Assembly: GCA_048884965.1 (NCBI GenBank)
Contig: JBHLQH010000051.1
Span: 1-17,759 of the forward strand
Length of the DNA: 17,759 nt
From: Candidatus Thorarchaeota archaeon
Lineage (GTDB): Archaea; Asgardarchaeota; Thorarchaeia; Thorarchaeales; Thorarchaeaceae
Reading direction: 5' to 3'
Shown: positions 8,173-17,190 of the stretch, piece by piece
Position numbering within the stretch: position 1 is the first letter of the stretch
Layout of the letters: every line of letters begins with the position of its first letter
Notes under the pieces: model-generated
Told to the model about the DNA's origin: nothing
Seen by the model: only the letters and a program-made list of their open reading frames with translations
The model's database searches: none
Made by a program: the position numbers and the translations under genes

Positions 8173-8214
8173 CATTCGTCTGAGCCCTTCCCTTTCAAAG
8201 ACGAGTTGATTATT

Positions 8215-9414
8215 ATGGATCTAAGAGTCACTAGAGGAGCAGGCCCGCCCTTGTCGGAACGAGGTATGGAAATCGTAGAGAGAAAGGGAAAAGGCCATCC
8301 TGATACACTTTGTGACAAGGCGGCTGAGGAACTATCAGTACGCCTTAGCGAGTTTTACATTGAGACCTTTGATAAGGTCCAGCATCATAATGTTGACAAA
8401 GTATTGTTAGTCGGTGGGCAATCGAACGCCCGTTTCGGAGGTGGAGATGTCATCGAACCTATCTACTTACTTCTCAGCGGTCGTGCTGTAGACGTTGTAG
8501 ATAAGAACTATGAGAAGCAAGTACCAGTTGGCAAGTTTGCTGTGGAGCACACCAGGGAGTGGCTACACAATGACCTACCACATCTGGATGTTAATTCAGA
8601 TATCATCATCGATTACAAGATTCGAGCAGGTAGTACTGATCTTGTTGGGAACTTTGATGTTTCCCAGGACGTGCCTAGAGCGAATGATACAAGCTTTGGA
8701 GTAGCCTTTGCACCATTCAGCGATACCGAGAAGATCGTTCTCGAAGCTGAACAGCTCTTGAACAGCTCAAAGGTCAAGAAAGCATGGCCTCAGATTGGTG
8801 AAGACGTTAAGATCATGGGCACTCGAGTTGGGAACAAGCTGCACGTACAAGTAGCAGCAGCAATCATCTCAACTGAAACAAAGGATGCGGACGAGTACAT
8901 GAACGTCATGGATGCTATCAAGAACTATGTGTTTGATCATGCTGTAAAAATCACTGATCACGAGGTCGATGTTTCTGTAAATACAGCAGATTCCTACGAT
9001 GATGGTCTCTACTATCTAACCGTTACGGGTACATCAGCAGAGCATGGTGACGATGGTCAAGTAGGACGAGGCAATCGTGCTACCGGTCTTATCACACCGT
9101 ACAGACCAATGACCCTTGAGGCAGCAGCTGGTAAGAATCCCGTTTCTCATGTTGGTAAGACCTACAATGTTGCCGCACGTGAGATCGTCGAGCGAGTGGT
9201 CAAGGAGCATCCCGATGTCAGCCAGGTCTATTGTTACATGGTCAGCAAGATTGGTGCGCCCATCACTGAGCCACAGGCGGTGAATGTCGAGATCTATGGC
9301 GACTGCGATGTCGATGCAATAAGGAAATCTGTTGAAAGCATCAGCGAAGAAGTCATCGCAAAGCTACCTGATGTCTGGCAAGGCTTTGTAAAACGCGAAT
9401 ACCAACTCTGGTAA
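8215..9414 (+). CDS. mat: Archaeal-type S-adenosylmethionine synthetase (methionine adenosyltransferase)
   Basis: Motifs EIVERKGKGHPDTLCD, HHNVDK, ANDTSFGV, GEDVKIMG, YLTVTGTSAEHGDDGQVGRGNR and EAAAGKNPVSHVGKTYN. True start is probably ATG 8215 (399 aa). Confidence 0.97.
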   Translation: MDLRVTRGAGPPLSERGMEIVERKGKGHPDTLCDKAAEELSVRLSEFYIETFDKVQHHNVDKVLLVGGQSNARFGGGDVIEPIYLLLSGRAVDVVDKNYEKQVPVGKFAVEHTREWLHNDLPHLDVNSDIIIDYKIRAGSTDLVGNFDVSQDVPRANDTSFGVAFAPFSDTEKIVLEAEQLLNSSKVKKAWPQIGEDVKIMGTRVGNKLHVQVAAAIISTETKDADEYMNVMDAIKNYVFDHAVKITDHEVDVSVNTADSYDDGLYYLTVTGTSAEHGDDGQVGRGNRATGLITPYRPMTLEAAAGKNPVSHVGKTYNVAAREIVERVVKEHPDVSQVYCYMVSKIGAPITEPQAVNVEIYGDCDVDAIRKSVESISEEVIAKLPDVWQGFVKREYQLW

Positions 9415-9428
9415 AGTCAAATCAATTT

Positions 9429-9462
9429 AGAGACCCTGAGTGGGTCTCTCATCTTCTTTTTC
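9429..9462 (+). terminator. Hairpin plus T-tract terminator after mat
   Basis: AGAGACCC-TGAGT-GGGTCTCT followed by CATCTTCTTTTTT, between convergent genes. Confidence 0.6.
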
Positions 9463-9748
9463 ATCGTATTCTATTCGGGGTCACTTTTCGGTATTCCCTC
9501 TCCATGGTGTAGAAAAGACCCCATAGAATCAAGCCAAAAGAAAAGAGTAGTAGAGTCTGTAGTGAAGGAATATACACTCCAGGAAAAAGCACCATATACG
9601 CAATCCCGAAGAAAGAAAACGCGAAGCAAATACCGGAAAGCGATTTGAGAATAGATCTATTAGTCCAAGTATTCCATGACGATAGCTTCTGTTGTGCTTC
9701 AGTTGGGTTATCGCCAAACTCAAAATCAGAATCGTAGTTACTTGCCAT
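9461..9748 (-). CDS. Small hypothetical membrane protein (2 TM)
   Basis: GGAGG RBS before the ATG; two hydrophobic helices and a basic C-terminus. Confidence 0.7.
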   Translation of the reverse strand: MASNYDSDFEFGDNPTEAQQKLSSWNTWTNRSILKSLSGICFAFSFFGIAYMVLFPGVYIPSLQTLLLFSFGLILWGLFYTMEREYRKVTPNRIR

Positions 9749-9946
9749 GTCTTACCCTCCAGCAATACCTAATTTAAGCATTAGAAACGATATATGCTTT
9801 TGCGACTCGTGATAACCTTTCGAAAAATGAAGAGGAATCATCAGAGGTCATTCGTAACATCTTTTATTAAGACTCACGTACATCCCCATCCTAGAACAAC
9901 TCGACATTTGATACTCGAGTTGCAATAAATCAGGAGATTTCAAAGC

Positions 9947-10507
9947 ATGGGTAAAGTAGATGACCCAATTGCCAAGCGCATTAGGAAGAAGGCTGCCAAG
10001 GATATCAAGGGAGGCATCTTCGGTAAGATCACTCACTACATTCCTGGCTGGCACGGATACCAAGAGAAGGAAGAACGCCGTGCTGCAGACAAGGTACTTC
10101 GAGAGTTTCTCGCAGACCAGCTTCGGCTAGTCAAACAGGACTTGGAGAAGCTTCAGATGATGGTCGTTGACTACAACTTGACCAAAACCTGGGAAACCTT
10201 CGACCGCATGCTTGCGCTTACGGACAAGATAGAGTCTGGCATTCGATATGCAGACTATGGGTATGCAGCTTGGGGCTCCAAGGAGAAAATCAATGAGGGC
10301 GAACTCGATAAGGTTTACGAGTTCGACGCAGTCATCATTGACGACATTGGGGCCATTAATGATGTTGTAGAAGAATTCCAAGATCAGATGAATCAGGGTA
10401 AGTTCGATGACGCTTGGAACTACACCTACCGCATGTGGACCATCATGCAACGCCTTGAGGAGAAATGGGCGCAGCGTGAGGGTTACATGAAAGGCTATCA
10501 GGATTAA
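9947..10507 (+). CDS. Conserved hypothetical helical protein (IPGxxGYxEKExRRxADKxLR family)
   Basis: GGAG RBS, 186 aa, soluble and helical, with a conserved-looking motif IPGWHGYQEKEERRAADKVLREFLA and a second motif IRYADYGYA. Followed by its own terminator. Confidence 0.85.
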   Translation: MGKVDDPIAKRIRKKAAKDIKGGIFGKITHYIPGWHGYQEKEERRAADKVLREFLADQLRLVKQDLEKLQMMVVDYNLTKTWETFDRMLALTDKIESGIRYADYGYAAWGSKEKINEGELDKVYEFDAVIIDDIGAINDVVEEFQDQMNQGKFDDAWNYTYRMWTIMQRLEEKWAQREGYMKGYQD

Positions 10508-10514
10508 TATATGC

Positions 10515-10552
10515 AAGGTCTTGGGGCTCTGCCCCAACCTTTCTTCTATTTT
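10515..10552 (+). terminator. Hairpin plus pyrimidine-tract terminator
   Basis: TTGGGGC-TCT-GCCCCAA (10521-10537), flanked by AAGG/CCTT and followed by TTTCTTCTATTTT. Confidence 0.6.
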
Positions 10553-10580
10553 CATTTGTTGAAATATTGAGGGGGAAAAT

Positions 10581-10994
10581 ATGCAAACAAGTATTGAATT
10601 CTATGGAGAACCAGCAATAGTGATTGCTCTCTTCTTAGGCGTTGGACTAGGATTCCTCTTGACGGAACTTCTTGAAAGGAAATTTGCCACATGCATTCAT
10701 AGAGGACAAGTGCATGAGAAAAGCCAAAGATCAGTTGATGATGAAACATCATTCTGCTCAAAAGTCTTCAAGTTGTATCAACGAAGCAGGTTTCGTGCAG
10801 GATTCATAACACAGTTACCATACTATATCGTAGTATGCATACTACTGGTCTATCCATTCTCGTTTATGTTGATGAGCAACCCAGATGCTCCGCCCATCTG
10901 GTTGATATTCCCATTATGGGTGATTATTCTGACATGTGTCACGTGTGGGCGAGGGGAACGTGATATTGAGAGGAAAATAGCGAAACGTGAATAG
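10581..10994 (+). CDS. Hypothetical membrane protein (about 3 TM)
   Basis: GAGGGGG RBS; three hydrophobic segments. Confidence 0.7.
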   Translation: MQTSIEFYGEPAIVIALFLGVGLGFLLTELLERKFATCIHRGQVHEKSQRSVDDETSFCSKVFKLYQRSRFRAGFITQLPYYIVVCILLVYPFSFMLMSNPDAPPIWLIFPLWVIILTCVTCGRGERDIERKIAKRE

Positions 10995-11261
10995 ACTGAT
11001 TAATGATCAAGAGATTGGATTTTCAGAATCAACCACCTACATAGTATGAAGATTTTCTTTTGGATTCTAAAGATAATACGAGAACTACTAGGATGACTAC
11101 AGAACTACCTATGGTTATAGTCTGAGATATCACCTTATCTTTGGACTTCTTTGTCATTGTAGTAATTCTCTATCGAATCGAGAAGAATTATCGTGTTCCA
11201 CCTATCAGAGATGCAGAGGCAAGCACTTGAGTACTTCATCTCCAACTGATACGTTTGGGCC

Positions 11262-11723
11262 TCACAGATTCTTCCGTTCATATTGTATTCTTGATTTCCT
11301 CTTTGCCATTGGACGTGCCATTATCCCACCAATCAAAGCACAAAGTCCGGTGATTGCCCAGAAGATTGTGAAGATATTCGGCATGGTTAGTCCTAGATAT
11401 TCCCAATCGACAATTCCTGTAAAGGAGAATGCGACTATAATCATAGAGACTATCCCTGTTACAATACCGAATGCACTTGGGTCAATTGAACCTGCATATT
11501 TCCATACTCCCCATCTCTTCTCTTCATACAGATCGAAGATGATCCTGGCGTATGCGCTTAACAGCGAGAAGAGTAGTAGGAATCCAAGGAAGAAGGCAAC
11601 TCCAATCGCTGCCATCTGCATAATCGTGTTATACAGCAGACTAAGTGGAATCGTAGCAAGAAGACATATCTCAGCGATTCCGTAAAGTACCAATACACGC
11701 TTTCTCAATTCCAAAAAATACAC
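11262..11723 (-). CDS. Hypothetical membrane protein (about 4 TM)
   Basis: Four hydrophobic helices and a basic C-tail (ARPMAKRKSR); GTG start. Confidence 0.75.
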   Translation of the reverse strand: MYFLELRKRVLVLYGIAEICLLATIPLSLLYNTIMQMAAIGVAFFLGFLLLFSLLSAYARIIFDLYEEKRWGVWKYAGSIDPSAFGIVTGIVSMIIVAFSFTGIVDWEYLGLTMPNIFTIFWAITGLCALIGGIMARPMAKRKSRIQYERKNL

Positions 11724-11787
11724 CCTAAACTTAGGGGAAAACCTGACCTAGTATATTAATTCTGTCATCTTTGTGAGATCTTAGTGG

Positions 11788-13836
11788 TCACTCTAATACT
11801 AAATGTGAGTTCCTTCTTCTATCTTGTCCAAATAAGAAAAGTACGATTAGGATAACTGAAAAACTGCCAATGGTTATAGCTTGAGAAATCAGCGTTAGAA
11901 TGTATTGAGGGTTATCAAAGTTGAATGGAAAGGCTGTATACCGATAGGCATCGAGCCCAAAGCTCGACCCCATACCATCATTGTATTTTGTATAGCTGAT
12001 ATACAGCAGTCCATTAGAGCCAATTTCAATCGGATAGGTATAGCTATGGCTAGGGTACGACCAGGTATGATCGCCTATTGTACGATTCCACTCCAGGGAG
12101 CCATTTGAATCCAATTTAATGAGCTCGAATCTATCCGAAAACTTTGGCTCCTCAATGATAGCAAATAATGAAAGATCAGGAGCGATTGCAAAATTGTAAC
12201 ATTCGGCCCAGTCCTGATAGCCGTGGCCATAGTCTAAATTGAATATTGTACTCCAGGAAGGCGAATCCAACGATTCCCATTTTCTGAATGTCGTGAAGCG
12301 GCCACCGGTTTCCTCGACACTTGTGATAGATGCAGTATACAAGTCGCCATTGGTGGAGATATCAATTGCAGTTACAGCGTCTTCCAAATCCCATGCCGAG
12401 CTATCCCAGAGCATAGAGCAATTATTATCAAATTTGTAGAGAGTACCGTATGATTGCACATAGACATTCCCCTCTAAATCGACTTCCAAATCATGGATTC
12501 TGCTTTCTGGAAGGAGGTTATTCGTAAGTACTTCACCCTCATTATTTAGTTTCAAGAGCTCTAGAAATGAAACGGGGATTGAAATATCATAAGAGAGGAA
12601 CCCAACAAAAATGGACCCATCAAAAGAAACTCCTATTTGCGGGTCCAGTACATTGAATTCTGAATGGTATCTTCGTTCCCAAATGATATTTCCATCTGAG
12701 TTGTATTTTACAACAAGAAGAATTGAATTGGCATCCTCTTGATATATTACGCCTGCGGTATAAATTGAATCTCCATCAATGGCCACACTGAAACCACGAG
12801 TCATATTACCATATCTTTGAATCCAGTCTACACCTGTCTGCGGAGTCCATTTCACCAATACTTGTGAGAGATAAATGGGAGAACTATGTGTGTGCATGGA
12901 AGCACCTATTGTGTAGACACAATTATCACTTCCCAGATGCATTGATTCTATATCATCCAATATGGAAAAGTCGTCAACCTGAGCGTCAAAGGGAAATATT
13001 TCTGATGCGGGAGTATTATAGGAATTATTGTAATCTGGTTGAATTGTTTCAGAAGGGTCAGACGGAGTTGTTACAAGAGCGGATAAGGAAGCAGAATAGA
13101 AACGAACAGACACATTTCCTGAATATGTCCTCCAAGGCTCAGATGTACCATACAAACGAAAAGAGTCAGTTGGAGCCAAGCCAAATGCCACAGTTAGAAT
13201 ATCAGTTGGGTCTTCCTGCTCACCCTCATCATTCTCAATCATTCCATGCCAGCCTGCAGACAGAGAAAAGTAGTTCAAATCGACATCATCGGATTTTGTG
13301 CCAACTGAATAAGGTGGATATGAATAATGAATCAAATCCCAATTGCCAGAAGAATCGATAATCCACCAATATACTTCGAACATTTCGTCTGCTTCCTCAT
13401 TTTCTGAGAAGTCACCCGAAGTCGTGATGCTGTATTCCATGGAACCTATTACATCCACTGGGATGAATTCGTAAATCCATTCAAATGACTGCGAAAAGGA
13501 TATGAAATCAGTATGGTCATTGATATACTCTCTCCCGCTAGCAATTGACAATTCGGTCTCAGGTATATGACTCCATGTAAGGTCAATGTAGTAATCATCC
13601 TCTTCGAGATCTGTATCATGGGTCCAAGAGAATTCCCCTGAGAGACCATGAATTTCTATTTCCGGTGTACTCTCGAAATCAGGATCAGGTAGCAAATCAA
13701 TCCAAAAGAGGCCACCTCCAGGAGAATATGATTTAATACAGTCATTGATGGGATTGGGGGATATTGTGAATATGGCTGGAAGTGCGAATAACAGAATGCA
13801 GGTTAGACTCAATATCTTGTAACTTTGCAAATGCAA
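11788..13836 (-). CDS. Secreted, C-terminally anchored protein with a beta-propeller region
   Basis: N-terminal signal-like helix, acidic beta-rich N-domain, repeated blades (VVKYNSDGNIIW, LLKLNNEGEVL, LYKFDNNCSMLW, LIKLDSNGSLEW; D-x-x-G-x-V/L-Y) and a C-terminal TM helix followed by RRR. Confidence 0.85.
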   Translation of the reverse strand: MHLQSYKILSLTCILLFALPAIFTISPNPINDCIKSYSPGGGLFWIDLLPDPDFESTPEIEIHGLSGEFSWTHDTDLEEDDYYIDLTWSHIPETELSIASGREYINDHTDFISFSQSFEWIYEFIPVDVIGSMEYSITTSGDFSENEEADEMFEVYWWIIDSSGNWDLIHYSYPPYSVGTKSDDVDLNYFSLSAGWHGMIENDEGEQEDPTDILTVAFGLAPTDSFRLYGTSEPWRTYSGNVSVRFYSASLSALVTTPSDPSETIQPDYNNSYNTPASEIFPFDAQVDDFSILDDIESMHLGSDNCVYTIGASMHTHSSPIYLSQVLVKWTPQTGVDWIQRYGNMTRGFSVAIDGDSIYTAGVIYQEDANSILLVVKYNSDGNIIWERRYHSEFNVLDPQIGVSFDGSIFVGFLSYDISIPVSFLELLKLNNEGEVLTNNLLPESRIHDLEVDLEGNVYVQSYGTLYKFDNNCSMLWDSSAWDLEDAVTAIDISTNGDLYTASITSVEETGGRFTTFRKWESLDSPSWSTIFNLDYGHGYQDWAECYNFAIAPDLSLFAIIEEPKFSDRFELIKLDSNGSLEWNRTIGDHTWSYPSHSYTYPIEIGSNGLLYISYTKYNDGMGSSFGLDAYRYTAFPFNFDNPQYILTLISQAITIGSFSVILIVLFLFGQDRRRNSHLVLE

Positions 13837-14202
13837 ACTAAATCCCTTCCTTGTTGTAACAACTTAAAGTCAAAAGATTAAGATTTCCCATTAGGCATCC
13901 CTTTATGCTATTTCGAGATGCAGAAGAATACTCAATCTGTCAATCTTCTGTTTGCAAAGAGGAACCAACTCCACACCGTTTCGAATACCGCTTCAGAGAT
14001 TAAAAACAAGCTATTTGGGTTTCTAATGGCTAGAAGAATGCATTTTCATGACAATCAAAGAATCCGAAATCAATGATGTAAAAAAGCCACAGTAGTGACA
14101 GAAACTATATCAGTACAAATCTGATACCACGAGTTCGGACTTCGTCTTGAAGTCTTTCTCTGTTCACTCAGGGAAAAAGTGTTAGGAAGGAGAATTCAAT
14201 AG

Positions 14203-14394
14203 TTGTCTGAAAAAACTAGAGATGTAATGGATTTTGTAATTGGAATACTGGTGGTCACAATGCTCTTTATGGGAGTCATAGTAGGCCTTGGAGGATGGAG
14301 TGACCAGAATGTCTACCTCAAACTGATTGGAATCATTCTCACTCTCGGATTTACTAGTGTTACTATGGCGAGTATGCGCAGCACGACGAAATAG
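14203..14394 (+). CDS. 2-TM membrane microprotein (paralog A)
   Basis: 63 aa, TTG start after GGAAGGAG; aligns with the downstream ORF. Confidence 0.65.
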   Translation: MSEKTRDVMDFVIGILVVTMLFMGVIVGLGGWSDQNVYLKLIGIILTLGFTSVTMASMRSTTK

Positions 14395-14435
14395 GTTCAG
14401 TTCCGTGAAGGGATGACAAGAAAGAGGAGTATCAT

Positions 14436-14624
14436 ATGCGTGACGATATGCTTACGATGAAAGATGTTACTGATTGTGGACTAGGTCTGATGATGATCAT
14501 AATCGTTTTTGCAGGAGTTTTATTTTTCTTTGTACCAACGAACGATTTAGCTTCGTTTCTTAGATTGATTGGATTCACGTTATCGGTGGGTTTCATCGCA
14601 ATGTACAGGATTTTCAAGATGTAG
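14436..14624 (+). CDS. 2-TM membrane microprotein (paralog B)
   Basis: 62 aa, GAGGAG RBS; aligns with the upstream ORF. Confidence 0.7.
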   Translation: MRDDMLTMKDVTDCGLGLMMIIIVFAGVLFFFVPTNDLASFLRLIGFTLSVGFIAMYRIFKM

Positions 14625-14742
14625 AAGAATCGTTTCCGCGAATCTGAGATTCTAAAAATTGTTGCCAGTTTACGAAGTACTATAACGAATAGGACTAGAT
14701 TTTTCGTTCCTATTCTACTGCACTAAGGAGCTAAGATTCTCA

Positions 14743-16149
14743 ATGAATGATTCGCAACCACAAGAAGAGCAGATAATATTGCAACAGTCCAACGAAGAGG
14801 AGGATGTTTCTAGTTTAAGTTGGTCCCAATCTCTTCGCAGAGTGCTTAGTAATCGCAATTGGTCGATCTATTTGGCTACAGTGTGGATATATTCTAGTAT
14901 GAGTGTCCTGATGCAGTATTTCACAATCTACTTTCGGGATATCGGAATTTCATATGTGCTTGTAGGAGCATTGCTTACCCTGATGTTTGGAGTGAACATA
15001 ATAGGCACGGTTGTTTCAGGATATCTAGCTGATAATTACGATAGAAGGAAACTATCTGCTGTCACAATGTTCGTCAACGCAATTGCATTCTTCCTTCTTA
15101 CATTCGCAACCGAGTTTTTCGCGATAGCAATTGCCATGGTCATTGCAGGGTTATCATCATTCACAGGAACTGCGGGACAAGCATACTCAATGCAACAGAT
15201 AGATAGAAGACTAGGAGGAGTTGCGAACAGCTTGTTCACGTTGGGAACAGCATTAGGCTTGGTGCCTTTGTATGTCGTTACTCTCTTGCTCGATGTTGGA
15301 ACGCCATTCATCTTGGTCATGCAGTACCTACTATTCGGAGCGGGTGTGTTGTATGTCTTGGCAGGACTTGTAAGAATGACAGCGCTTGCATCATTGCCAC
15401 TTCCAAAACGTGACAATCACTCAGCCAATTTGCTAAGAGATTTCTTAAGCGAGAATACACGAGGATTAAAACTCCTCATCAAGGTCTTTCCTGTATTCGT
15501 AGCCGTCATTTGTTTAGATGCCTTCAGTGATAGCTTCTACAGATTCGCTAGCTTATACTATGTTAACGAAACACTTGAGTTTTCAATACCTGACATCAAT
15601 CTAATGATGCTGATAACGCTTACAATATCAGTACCCCTGACACTTTGGCTTGGTAGAGTATTTGATAAACGTGGAGGGAAAGGTGTCACAATCGCCGTAT
15701 ACTCGGTCATGCCCATCGCTATTGCTCTGCTCATAATAGCTCAGTATATTCCATATATCTCTCCAGCTGGTTGGAACGAAGCGGTAGATGCAGTATATCC
15801 GGGCTTGAGTGTGATATTCTCTCTTGCATTCATAGGAACCGCAATGAAGTCAATAAACGATGTTCTATGGTTCAGTGTTCTGGGAACATACATCCTGAAA
15901 TCATTGCCAAGACAGGACTTGGGTAAGATGCTGAGTCTCACCATGGTAATTGTTATGATCTTCGTTACATTAGGACCCATTCCTGCAGGAATAATCTACG
16001 ACCTCTTTCAAGGACTACCACTCCTCTACTCAGTCATTGCGATCAATCTTGTGATACTCATCATTCTGATCACAAAGAGTATTGAGCCAAGAATAGATGT
16101 CATCGAACTTGAGAATGGAGATATCCCTAAAACTCAAGAGGATCAATGA
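14743..16149 (+). CDS. Major facilitator superfamily transporter
   Basis: About 12 TM helices, motif A-like GYLADNYDRRK and its second-half repeat GRVFDKRGGK. AAGGAG RBS. Confidence 0.92.
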   Translation: MNDSQPQEEQIILQQSNEEEDVSSLSWSQSLRRVLSNRNWSIYLATVWIYSSMSVLMQYFTIYFRDIGISYVLVGALLTLMFGVNIIGTVVSGYLADNYDRRKLSAVTMFVNAIAFFLLTFATEFFAIAIAMVIAGLSSFTGTAGQAYSMQQIDRRLGGVANSLFTLGTALGLVPLYVVTLLLDVGTPFILVMQYLLFGAGVLYVLAGLVRMTALASLPLPKRDNHSANLLRDFLSENTRGLKLLIKVFPVFVAVICLDAFSDSFYRFASLYYVNETLEFSIPDINLMMLITLTISVPLTLWLGRVFDKRGGKGVTIAVYSVMPIAIALLIIAQYIPYISPAGWNEAVDAVYPGLSVIFSLAFIGTAMKSINDVLWFSVLGTYILKSLPRQDLGKMLSLTMVIVMIFVTLGPIPAGIIYDLFQGLPLLYSVIAINLVILIILITKSIEPRIDVIELENGDIPKTQEDQ

Positions 16150-16284
16150 TTCCCACTCACACGAATTGATACCAATGAATGATTCCCAGGGATATTGAGC
16201 CCTATGACAGATGAAGATAGCTTTTGAAGAAGAGCATTCCAATTTTCAAACCAAGAAAACGTGTAGGGAACTCAAGAAAATGGA

Positions 16285-16716
16285 TCATTCCTTGTCTACA
16301 AAAGCTGAGAACATCTCATCAAAACGTTTCTTCGCTTTCGCTTCATGTTCCGGATCAGCCGTGGTCTTAAGTTCATCAATGTTCAATATGTTGACCTTAA
16401 GCTCGGGGGATTCTTGAATTTCAATCTCAACCGACTCAAAGACCTTTGAAGAGGTCCGACCCATGATATTGGAAAGTTCTTTCACTAATTCCTGACGTCG
16501 TAGACCATATCCAGCAGGTCCTGTGACTTCTCCAAACCACTCCCAGAGATCATACATAGCATCTCCCAATGGTGTATCTCCGTGACCTATTGAAGAGAGT
16601 GTCTTGCTTACTTGGTTTATTATCTGAAAATACACACCACCGTTCCATTCGCCCTTTGTCCAAGACATAACTAACTCATACATACTGGAGGCCAATTCAC
16701 TCACCACGCTACTCAA
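16285..16716 (-). CDS. Hypothetical protein
   Basis: 143-aa ORF with protein-like composition, co-oriented with the upstream Zn-ribbon gene. The start is uncertain (TTG 16716 or ATG 16683). Confidence 0.65.
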   Translation of the reverse strand: MSSVVSELASSMYELVMSWTKGEWNGGVYFQIINQVSKTLSSIGHGDTPLGDAMYDLWEWFGEVTGPAGYGLRRQELVKELSNIMGRTSSKVFESVEIEIQESPELKVNILNIDELKTTADPEHEAKAKKRFDEMFSAFVDKE

Positions 16717-16766
16717 TAGTTGGACTTTGAAGAATCTTATGTAGGGAGTGCGTATCGCTCATTAAT

Positions 16767-17030
16767 CTATTTCTCTGATGTGACCTGAATCCTTCTTACA
16801 TGAACGAGCTCCAAGCAATGAGTGCAAGTGAAATGACTTGGACCATACCATTCAATCACTGCATTAAAATTGATGCTACCTCCGCATTTTGGACATAGAA
16901 CTCGATGCTCATCGGATAGCTGACTCAGACGTTTTGTAATCGATGTGAAATCAACTTCAGGAAATTGAGCCCTTTCGTATTCAAGTTGCGATGGAAGTCT
17001 GGGCTCAACGACTCTGTAATCCTTCTTCAT
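16767..17030 (-). CDS. Small zinc-ribbon protein
   Basis: CPKC...CTHC pairs in 87 aa; GAGGT RBS-like sequence upstream. Confidence 0.75.
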   Translation of the reverse strand: MKKDYRVVEPRLPSQLEYERAQFPEVDFTSITKRLSQLSDEHRVLCPKCGGSINFNAVIEWYGPSHFTCTHCLELVHVRRIQVTSEK

Positions 17031-17190
17031 TTATCAGACCTCATCTCATTCGTAATGATTCCGAAAAGAGCCTATAAGACCGTGCAATACACGCTACACT
17101 CTAAAATCCTAGAGGAGTTTAAACTGTTCAAACGATGTATTGTTCACTATTATATTCAGAGACTCTATCACTTTGTCTAGGTCATAAAAG

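Noticed and set aside
8089-8214. 42-aa N-terminal extension of MAT in the ORF track
   Set aside because: It overlaps the divergent regulator start and the promoter region; homology begins near ATG 8215.
11123-11125. In-frame TGA as selenocysteine
   Set aside because: Hydrophobic context with no redox motif and no SECIS-like hairpin recognised; a nonsense mutation or chance is more likely.
8510-13649. ORFs 8510-8704, 9529-9765, 9848-10063, 10127-10555, 10552-10761, 11227-11685, 11905-12108, 12239-12439, 12864-13361 and 13449-13649
   Set aside because: Antisense or out-of-frame to better-supported genes with RBS and TM or motif evidence.
13837-14202. 365-bp AT-rich gap as an ncRNA or hidden gene
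   Set aside because: Only very short ORFs and no convincing structure; consistent with a divergent promoter region.
16145-16188. Direct repeat AATGATTCCCA occurring twice after the MFS stop
   Set aside because: Two 11-bp copies only; not a CRISPR array, and there is no transposase or terminal inverted repeat nearby.
14432-17180. ORFs 14432-14617, 15036-15416, 15741-15980, 16030-16242, 16211-16417 and 16965-17180
   Set aside because: Antisense shadows or overlaps of accepted genes with no recognisable features.
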